Shown piece after piece: positions 23,251-30,958 of a DNA stretch of 64,000 bases (the first letter of the stretch is position 1; each line of letters begins with the position of its first letter). The stretch is from Candidatus Undinarchaeota archaeon (GTDB lineage: Archaea > SpSt-1190 > JASMDC01), in assembly GCA_964519305.1 (NCBI GenBank), contig CAZFHY010000014.1, forward strand, positions 32,001-96,000. Direction: 5' to 3'. The position numbers and the translations under genes were made by a program. The notes under the pieces were generated by a model. The model had not been told where the DNA came from. It made no database searches and saw only the letters and a program-made list of their open reading frames with translations.

Positions 23251-23258
23251 TATATAAA
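23251..23258 (-). promoter_or_regulatory. trp operon TATA box
   Basis: TTTATATA on the minus strand in an AT-rich intergenic region. Confidence 0.75.
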
Positions 23259-23271
23259 GATTGCTATTATA

Positions 23272-23312
23272 TGTTGATAATTGTACATTATTGTCCATTT
23301 TATTATTGTCCA
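23272..23312. promoter_or_regulatory. TRP-box-like operator array
   Basis: TGTTGA-N4-TGTACA-N4-TGTCCA-N9-TGTCCA; includes an ATTATTGTCCA direct repeat. Confidence 0.55.
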
Positions 23313-23357
23313 CCCCTAGTAAAAGTATAAGAACCGGATCAGGCCGCATCCCGCCAC

Positions 23358-24734
23358 ATGGACGCTGAACACCTAGTTCCGCCAGATGAGCTCTACGACA
23401 AGGCGGTAACCTTCTTCGAGGGTGTCAGCAAGTACGACAAAGTGCTGGTCTATGGTGACGGTGATCCTGATGGGATGACCGCAGCGGTATGCGTGTCCGA
23501 GGTGCTGGACGCCCGACTCGCCACCTATGATGTGCGGTTCACCCGGGGCCAGCTCAATACAAAGGATGTCGAACAGGTGGCACGTGGCGGGTACAACAAG
23601 ATCTACTGCACTGACTTCTGGGAGATCTACGAGTCGCCCGTAGAGGTCGTCGCCGACATGGTCGAGAAGGTGAAGGAGTTCGTGGTGTATGATCATCATG
23701 ACATCCGCACCGCGGGGCGAGAGAACCTCGACCGCCTGTACGAGGAACTTGACAGGCGTGGCATCCGTGACCGGTTCACTCTCATAAATCCTAATCTGGA
23801 GGGCGTCGTCGAAGTCCCCAATGGCTCGGCATGGGAGTACCGGGTCGCCGAGCGGTACGTCGCCCGCCACCCGCGGGCGTTGCTCGGTAAGCATATGGCG
23901 CGACTCAAGGAGGTGGCGACAGCAGGAGCGATCCTCGACTACTGTGCACCACAGTCTGCCGACCTCGTGGCCGAGACGCTGCTCGAGCATCCCGATTCCC
24001 TCGACTGCGACCGGACGGTCCTGAGGAAAGCGCTGGATGACTACCAGAACGCCATACCGGAGGACGCTGTTACGTTTACTGCACTGAAGGAAGCACTGCC
24101 GTCGCAGAACGAACTGCTCGGCTCAACCTTCGGTCTCGCCGGGCGTAACACGTTCGCCAATTGGATTGTCGCTGGATGGCGCGGAGCACAGGACGTGTAT
24201 AAGGCGGCCAAGTCCATGGTCCGCGGAACTGGCTCCTTCAATGACCTCGTAGAGGACACGGGCAGGTTCCCTGCGTACTTCAAGAACGTGAACCGCGTGG
24301 AGGGCGAACTGACTTCACAGTACGCGATATTCGAAAAGGACCTGGAGCGTCACGAGCGGGGAGAGGATACGACCGCGACCTCGTTCGATGACGAGCTGGA
24401 GCTCGCTGTGTTCCAGTACTCCTCGGAGGATCCCTTGCGTTTCGCCAGCCATCTGTCCACAAACCTGCGCGACCGACATCCAGAGTTCACTTGGTTCGTA
24501 TACCAGATCAACGAGGAGAAGGGGTGGGCCGGTGGGAGCCTGCGTCTTGACGAGGAGCATTTCCCACAGTACGACCTCGCCCGCGCTGTAGCCGAAGCGT
24601 CAAAGGGCATTGACGGGGCACGCGGTGGTGGCCACAGTGCCGCCAGTGGAGCGAGCATGGCCGAGAAGGACCTCCCGCAGTTCATTGAGCGTATCAAGGA
24701 AGAGCTCAGGCAGCAGCGGAGTGCACCTGAATAA
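23358..24734 (+). CDS. DHH-DHHA1 family phosphoesterase (divergent RecJ-like)
   Basis: GDGDPDG, CTD, YDHH, GGSLR, GGGHSAASG. Confidence 0.85.
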   Translation: MDAEHLVPPDELYDKAVTFFEGVSKYDKVLVYGDGDPDGMTAAVCVSEVLDARLATYDVRFTRGQLNTKDVEQVARGGYNKIYCTDFWEIYESPVEVVADMVEKVKEFVVYDHHDIRTAGRENLDRLYEELDRRGIRDRFTLINPNLEGVVEVPNGSAWEYRVAERYVARHPRALLGKHMARLKEVATAGAILDYCAPQSADLVAETLLEHPDSLDCDRTVLRKALDDYQNAIPEDAVTFTALKEALPSQNELLGSTFGLAGRNTFANWIVAGWRGAQDVYKAAKSMVRGTGSFNDLVEDTGRFPAYFKNVNRVEGELTSQYAIFEKDLERHERGEDTTATSFDDELELAVFQYSSEDPLRFASHLSTNLRDRHPEFTWFVYQINEEKGWAGGSLRLDEEHFPQYDLARAVAEASKGIDGARGGGHSAASGASMAEKDLPQFIERIKEELRQQRSAPE

Positions 24735-24876
24735 ATGTCCGCATGATGCCAGTGGGACACCGTTCGACCAATCCCGACATGCCGGTGTCGTCCCGGCACC
24801 TCGCGGTATAACAATTTAAAACTGAGATACCTCTAGCTTGTTGATACACCGATGGGTGTATAGGAGGTGGCATCTT

Positions 24877-25152
24877 ATGTGTAGTAACGAATTCGATGCA
24901 AGGACCGCGGGTTTCTTTGTCCTCTCACTCTGCGCCATGCTGATGTTGTTGAAGTTCATCTCGCCGGAAACACTGCTCCTGTCGATGATCAGTCTGATCC
25001 TTCTGGTCCTGATCATTTTCCTCAGGATCGATGTTATTGAGAACCGGAAGATTCTTTCCGATATCAGGGATGAGTTGAAGAGTCTGAAGGATAAGAAGGA
25101 CGAAAAGAAGGACGAAAAGAAGGACGAAAAGAAGGACGAAAAGAAGAAGTGA
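24877..25152 (+). CDS. Small membrane protein (2 TM) with KKDE-repeat tail
   Basis: SD aggaggtg; two hydrophobic stretches; charged tail. Confidence 0.7.
   Translation: MCSNEFDARTAGFFVLSLCAMLMLLKFISPETLLLSMISLILLVLIIFLRIDVIENRKILSDIRDELKSLKDKKDEKKDEKKDEKKDEKKK
25093..25146 (+). repeat. 12-nt tandem repeat (aagaaggacgaa)x4.5
   Basis: Read directly; encodes (KKDE)4KK. Confidence 0.95.
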
Positions 25153-25173
25153 GGTCCCCACAAAGGGGCCTCA
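25150..25173 (+). terminator. Hairpin overlapping the stop codon
   Basis: TGAGGTCCC pairs with GGGGCCTCA. Confidence 0.4.
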
Positions 25174-25250
25174 TTCCCTCTTTTCGGGGGTAAGGGGGCC
25201 GAAAAACCGTGTTATTTTTATACTCCGGACGCTGCTCCCCTCTACTATCC

Positions 25251-26036
25251 ATGCGAAGTGCTGTCACGCTACTAGTGCTCGTTCTCATCTGCGGCTGCAC
25301 CGGCGGTCCGGCGGACGACCTCGCAGCCAACACCACTACAGCAGGTACGGACGCACATGATAGGGCGAACCTATTATCGAAGGAGGCGTTACCGCTCCGT
25401 GTAGCACAACGTGAGCCGCTGGACCTCACAAGTGTCGAGAGCTTCGGACATTACCAGCGTTTCTGCAACGAGACCAACGTCCTCGTCGACGAGATGAACC
25501 GGGAGTTCGACCTCGGGATGCCTCGCATGGAGGCCACGCGTGAGGGCTGGGATAAGGCCGCCGTGACGATCAATGAGTATGGCCCGCTCATCCGCACGCA
25601 CAACGAGCTCATCGACACGGCCCGCGCTTATGAGAAGGAGCCTACAGAGGCGAACCTGGAACTCTTCTATCGCAAGTCAGGACGCTTCGCCCTGGAGACG
25701 ACGCTCATCTCAGGCCTGGTATTCTCGGTCCCCGGAATCACCATCATCAGAGTGGGTTATCACGCGACCAAGGTCAACCGGTTCGACTGGGACCGTTCCA
25801 GCAGCGTCACCAGGATGCTCAGTGAGGCCAGGGACACGACGAAGGAAGTGCTCGTCGAGACGAGCCAGACGCCGGCCGACGAGGCGATCGAGGGTATCCT
25901 CGAGATGGCGAAAGAGCAGGATGGGATTGAAGCGAGCTTCGATGATCTGAACGAGTCCCTCGGCGACCTGAAGGACGAGCTCGTCAGCGGGCTCGACGAT
26001 GTCCGACGTCAGGCGGCCGAGATCACGGACAGCTGA
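25251..26036 (+). CDS. Hypothetical lipoprotein
   Basis: MRSAVTLLVLVLICGC lipobox-like signal; TATA tttttata 28 nt upstream. Confidence 0.75.
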   Translation: MRSAVTLLVLVLICGCTGGPADDLAANTTTAGTDAHDRANLLSKEALPLRVAQREPLDLTSVESFGHYQRFCNETNVLVDEMNREFDLGMPRMEATREGWDKAAVTINEYGPLIRTHNELIDTARAYEKEPTEANLELFYRKSGRFALETTLISGLVFSVPGITIIRVGYHATKVNRFDWDRSSSVTRMLSEARDTTKEVLVETSQTPADEAIEGILEMAKEQDGIEASFDDLNESLGDLKDELVSGLDDVRRQAAEITDS

Positions 26037-26424
26037 TCTGCGGGACGGACGTCAGTGATACCGATTGTGCATGCCTGCGATGCTCATGCTCTGGAATAGA
26101 TGGTCCCGTAGCTCATGCTCCCGCGGCGCAGTATGACTCGATAAAAGGCGCGGATGAGCGTCCATCTAACGAGTTCCATGCGAAGGAGCTGGCTCAAGGA
26201 CATTTCCGAGATATCGGGGCGGGCATGCGAAGGCCTTTTCATACCTTCGGCAGGGGGGGGCATACTCTGCATCTAGCAATGAGCTACGACCTCGGGCCAT
26301 ATGAACCTTGCACACTTATTCTCTATACGATATCAATGGTAAAGATGTCCCCATCTACCAATGGCCCGATGTGACGTCACCGAGGGAGAGATATTTAAGA
26401 GTCGTTCGTCGTTTAAAGAACGTC

Positions 26425-26661
26425 ATGGGTGTTGCCGACCGGGATTACATGAAGGGCGGGTACGATGAGGGTGACCACCCACCTGCATGTACCTGCTGGA
26501 AATGTAACGAGGTCCGGCGTCGCCGTCGCGCAGAAGAGGGGCCGAGGTCGGAAGATGGAGGGGAGGAAATGTTCGAAGGGCTCCCGGGGATCCTCCAGAA
26601 CCGTGTGTTCTGGGCCGCGATCGCCATGCTCGCGGGATTCTTCCTCCTGCGGGCGCTGTGA
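26425..26661 (+). CDS. Small protein with MGxxDRDYM N-terminus, HxxxCxCxxC motif and C-terminal TM
   Basis: Motifs read from translation; TATA tatttaag upstream. Confidence 0.65.
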   Translation: MGVADRDYMKGGYDEGDHPPACTCWKCNEVRRRRRAEEGPRSEDGGEEMFEGLPGILQNRVFWAAIAMLAGFFLLRAL

Positions 26662-26753
26662 GCGGTCCTGGAACGAAATATATATTTTGTATGGGTATTT
26701 TGGATACTCACATAACCGCTGAGTGGCACATAGATTATTAGGGAGGCATAGGA

Positions 26754-29700
26754 TTGGTAATCAAGTTATCCGCACATGGACGCAACAGGGCACAAATGGC
26801 AGTGGAGTTCCTGTTGAGCTATGGGTGGCTTATGGTCATCATCGTGATCGCGGGGGCAGCCATGTACGCCATGGGCATCCTCCGCCCAGGTACCTATGTC
26901 AAGACACATTGTGTTGGATTCGAGAGGCTCCATTACCACGACCACCTCTTCGGTGCTCCGGGGGAGCCCTTCATCTGGAACATGGAACACGATGATAGCG
27001 ATTATGACGACCGTGAGAGCGTGTTCGATCTACGGATCCAGAACGGTGCTGGGATCATGCTACGCGTCACTGAGATGGACGTGCATTATCCCGAGGGCAC
27101 TCACGTGAAGTGGTCCGAGAAGGGCTTTGGCTGCGCCTATTACAATACAGCAGGGAACGTCAGCTCGGGATGCCGCGAGCAGAACGTGTCCGAGGCCGAG
27201 CTGACGACCCTCTCCGTCGAGGACGTCGGAGCGGGCACGCTGGACCTGAAGCATGGCTCGGTCTATCATATGAAGGTGAAGGTGACCTTCGACATTTTCA
27301 CACAACTCGGAGACCATTCAGAGACGGCAATCTGCTCTGGCAAGATCGAGGCTGGAGGGACGACCATCTCGGCCATGTCCGTACAAACGTACACCCTCGA
27401 CTCGAGCTTCGGAGGTGCGGACGCGGTGTATGCCACGGACATTGACGGTGACGGGGACAATGACATCCTGGGAGCTTCGTTCAACCTCGACGATATCTCG
27501 TGGTGGGAGAACGGCAATGACTGGGCAAAACACGACGTCGACACGAATTTCGACGGTGCTCGATTCGTTTATGCCGTAGATATTTCCGGCGACAGTGTCG
27601 TGGACGTGTTCGGTGCGGCGAATGGAGGGAACGAGATCGCGTACTGGACGAACAACGGGGATGGATCGAGCTGGTCCAAGACCAGCATCGACTCGAGCTT
27701 CGGTGGCGCCTGTTCTGTGTACGTGGCGGACATCAACGGTGACGGCAGCCTGGACGTCCTCGGAGCGGCCAACCTGACCGACCAGATCGCTTGGTGGAAG
27801 AACACCGGTGGCGGGTGGTCCAAGGGCACGCTCGCCAGCGATTTCGATGCGGCGCGCGACGTATATGCAGTGGACATCGACGGTGACGATGACCTCGACG
27901 TTCTCGGAGCGGCCTACAACAGCGACGAGATCGCCTGGTGGGAGAACGGCGGTGGCACATCGCCCTCATTCTCAAAGCACACAATCGACTCGAGCTTCGA
28001 CGGTGCCAGTTCGGTCATGGGGATCGACATGGACGGCGACGGCGACAATGACGTCGTCGGAGGCGCTTATGAGGCCGGTAGTATCGTCTGGTGGGAGAAC
28101 GACAACGGCGATGGTTCCAGCTGGACGAGCCATGAGATATCAGGGGATTACGAGCACGTGACATCGATCTTCGCCATGGATATGGACGGTGACGGGGATA
28201 TCGACGTCGTCGCCGCCCAGTACAACGACGGATCGGTCTCCTGGTTCGAGAACACAGGTGTCCGCTGGGAGCAGCGGATGGTACAGAGCAGTTTCCACGG
28301 AGCCATGTCGGTCCACGCGGCCGACCTATCGGGTGACAGCTTCCCCGACGTGCTCGGGGCCGCAGAGATTGTCGACACGGTCTCCTGGTGGGAACTGACC
28401 CACACACGACGGGCAGGACAAGGACGGGGCGGTACATCAGGCTCGTCCTCCGGCAGCGGTACCGGCAGCGGTACCGGCAGCGGTACCGGGAGCGGAACGG
28501 GCAGTGGAACCGGTTCAGGCACAGGGACCGGCACCGGTAGCGGTTCTGGTGGCGACACGAGCCCGCCGTCCATCACGCTCACATCGGTCGGAGGCGACAG
28601 TTCCACCGCCTATTCGACCTCTGACAACACACCCGATATTGCTATCACTACCGACGAGAACGGGTCCTGCCGTGCCAGTGCGACCGACGAGAGCTACACA
28701 GACATGAGCGATGACATCACCTGCTCCGGCGGCGGTAGCACCAGCCACACATGCACGTTCACAACGCTTTCCGATGGTTCAACGACGCTATATGTCGCCT
28801 GCACAGATACGAGCAGCAACGAGCACACAGCATCCACGAATACCGGGATAACTCTTGAAGTCGACACAGCGACACCCACCCAGTCCGGATGGGACCCGGC
28901 CGACCAGGCATCCGTGTCCTCCAGCTCACCGACGATCAACATAACGCTGAACGAGAACGGTGACTGCAAGTGGAGCCTCACCGACCAGGCCTACGGTGAC
29001 ATGACGGGCGACTGCACGGGCGACGGGACCACGTCGATCTTGTGCGCGACCAGCGGGCTCGTGACCGGGACCGAGGAGATCTTCATCGCGTGCCGCGACG
29101 ACACCGACACTTCGCCGAACGCTGACACAACGGACTCCAACTCGGAGCTCACGTACACGGTCAGCGAGGGCGGCGTCGCCGGTATCACCCTCACGTCCGC
29201 GGGCGGAGATTCCTCCACTGGGGACGTCTCGACCTCCGACAACACTCCTGAGATAGTCATCACCACCGGCGAGAACGCCTACTGCCGTGCAGGAACCTCC
29301 GACGAGAGCTACGGTGATATGGCGGACGACATCACCTGCACCGGTGGCGGTGGCACCAGCCACACTTGCACCTTCCCGACACAGTCGGATGGGACCGTGA
29401 CGCTACACGTCTCGTGCAAGGACGGTGACGGCAACGAGGACACCTCGGAGACGAACATCGACATAACCATGACCATCGACACCCAGCCGCCATCGACGTC
29501 CGGTGAGTCACCGTCAAGCGGATCGACTGTCACCACAACCTCTCCGACCATCACCATCACCCTTGACGAAGCAGGAGACTGCAAGTGGGACCTTGACGAC
29601 GACGCCTACGCTAGCATGTCGGGCGACTGCACCGGCGATGGTACGACGTCCATCTCGTGCGCTACCAGCGAGATACACGCGGGCGAGGAGATAGTCTACA

Positions 29701-30848
29701 TAGGGTGCCGTGACGAGACCGAGGGCGGTGGGGCCAACGGCGACACCGCGGATACCAACACCGAGATATCGCTCACCGTTGACGCGGACGCGATCGCGGA
29801 CACGGAGGCCATCGGTAGCGGCTACAGCGTGGTCATCGGCGACACCGGAGGCTACGTGACGATCCTGCGTAACGACTATGCGGACAACACACACTGGACG
29901 GCCATCCAGGTGGACCAGCACGACAACGTCGGTGATGTGGCCGTCGGCGATTTCAACGGCGACGACGAGGTCGATATCGTATCGGGCTCGAGCACAGGCC
30001 GTATCTACTTCTACGAGCAGACCTCGAGCGGTGACGGCTCGGCATGGGACACGATCACGTGGACCGGGAGCTCATCCGCTGTGAAAGGCATCGCCCTGAT
30101 GAACCTTGACGGTGATAGCGACGATGACATGGCGACCGCTCATTCAGGCGGTGAGGTCAGACGCTCCCTCAATCCCGGCACCGGTGGCGCTTGGACTAAC
30201 ACCACGATCGCGGACTTCAGCAATCCTGTCGCGCTCACATCGCTCGACGTGGGCGACGTCGACGGCGACAACGACCTGGACTACGTGGTAGGGGACGGTG
30301 CGAACAAGGTTCGGCTGGTCCTGGATAGCGGCGGTTGGAGCTCCTTGACGGTATACAGCGGGACCAAGGACGTCAACGATGTGGCCTTCGGCAACATCAA
30401 TGGCGCGGGCGGCCTGGACATAGTCATGGGCGGTACCGATGCGGCCGTCAGCTTCCTCACCAACACCGGCGGCTCGTTTACAGGACCCACCACGATCGGC
30501 AGCCTCTCCAACACGCTCTGGGCGCTGGACGTCTACGACGTGGACGGTGACGGTGACCTCGATGTCGTGACCGGAGACGGTGGAGGCAGCACCGGATACG
30601 TCAAGCTCCACCGCAACGGTGGTGGCGGGAGCAGCTGGACCTCGGTCACTGTGCGCACGTCCTCGGGTGGCGACATCAACGCCGTGGAGATCATCGACGT
30701 GGACCAGGACGGCGACGGCGACGTGCTCTCGGCTGGAAAGGACAACCTCGTGGTGCTGAGCATCAACGACGGTAACTACAACGACAACTGGTCGTCGTCA
30801 ACGATGTACACCGCGACCCACACGGTCAACACGCTGGCGCCCATCTGA
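26754..30848 (+). CDS. Giant class III (type IV pilin-like) signal peptide surface protein: FG-GAP/VCBS propeller - GT/GS linker - duplicated Ig-like units - second FG-GAP propeller
   Basis: RA|QMAVEFLLSYGW; many DxDGDGDxD Ca-binding repeats; paired-Cys beta-sandwich units. Confidence 0.88.
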   Translation: MVIKLSAHGRNRAQMAVEFLLSYGWLMVIIVIAGAAMYAMGILRPGTYVKTHCVGFERLHYHDHLFGAPGEPFIWNMEHDDSDYDDRESVFDLRIQNGAGIMLRVTEMDVHYPEGTHVKWSEKGFGCAYYNTAGNVSSGCREQNVSEAELTTLSVEDVGAGTLDLKHGSVYHMKVKVTFDIFTQLGDHSETAICSGKIEAGGTTISAMSVQTYTLDSSFGGADAVYATDIDGDGDNDILGASFNLDDISWWENGNDWAKHDVDTNFDGARFVYAVDISGDSVVDVFGAANGGNEIAYWTNNGDGSSWSKTSIDSSFGGACSVYVADINGDGSLDVLGAANLTDQIAWWKNTGGGWSKGTLASDFDAARDVYAVDIDGDDDLDVLGAAYNSDEIAWWENGGGTSPSFSKHTIDSSFDGASSVMGIDMDGDGDNDVVGGAYEAGSIVWWENDNGDGSSWTSHEISGDYEHVTSIFAMDMDGDGDIDVVAAQYNDGSVSWFENTGVRWEQRMVQSSFHGAMSVHAADLSGDSFPDVLGAAEIVDTVSWWELTHTRRAGQGRGGTSGSSSGSGTGSGTGSGTGSGTGSGTGSGTGTGTGSGSGGDTSPPSITLTSVGGDSSTAYSTSDNTPDIAITTDENGSCRASATDESYTDMSDDITCSGGGSTSHTCTFTTLSDGSTTLYVACTDTSSNEHTASTNTGITLEVDTATPTQSGWDPADQASVSSSSPTINITLNENGDCKWSLTDQAYGDMTGDCTGDGTTSILCATSGLVTGTEEIFIACRDDTDTSPNADTTDSNSELTYTVSEGGVAGITLTSAGGDSSTGDVSTSDNTPEIVITTGENAYCRAGTSDESYGDMADDITCTGGGGTSHTCTFPTQSDGTVTLHVSCKDGDGNEDTSETNIDITMTIDTQPPSTSGESPSSGSTVTTTSPTITITLDEAGDCKWDLDDDAYASMSGDCTGDGTTSISCATSEIHAGEEIVYIGCRDETEGGGANGDTADTNTEISLTVDADAIADTEAIGSGYSVVIGDTGGYVTILRNDYADNTHWTAIQVDQHDNVGDVAVGDFNGDDEVDIVSGSSTGRIYFYEQTSSGDGSAWDTITWTGSSSAVKGIALMNLDGDSDDDMATAHSGGEVRRSLNPGTGGAWTNTTIADFSNPVALTSLDVGDVDGDNDLDYVVGDGANKVRLVLDSGGWSSLTVYSGTKDVNDVAFGNINGAGGLDIVMGGTDAAVSFLTNTGGSFTGPTTIGSLSNTLWALDVYDVDGDGDLDVVTGDGGGSTGYVKLHRNGGGGSSWTSVTVRTSSGGDINAVEIIDVDQDGDGDVLSAGKDNLVVLSINDGNYNDNWSSSTMYTATHTVNTLAPI
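28452..28552 (+). repeat. Degenerate 12-nt tandem repeat encoding a (GSGT)n linker
   Basis: ggcagcggtacc x3 then synonymous variants. Confidence 0.85.
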
Positions 30849-30958
30849 GCGGAACGGGCCGACCGTTCAAACGGTTGCGCGAGCGTTGCGGGACGGTTAC
30901 AGGGAACCGATTTAAACAATCGAGCACATAGTCTATCAACAAGGTAGGTGGAGCAGTA

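Noticed and set aside
26084-26272. 62-aa minus-strand ORF in the intergenic gap
   Set aside because: No recognisable motif or clear codon bias; cannot be supported.
25093-28552. Short tandem repeats as a CRISPR array
   Set aside because: The units are contiguous 12-mers without unique spacers and lie in coding frames; no cas genes are present.
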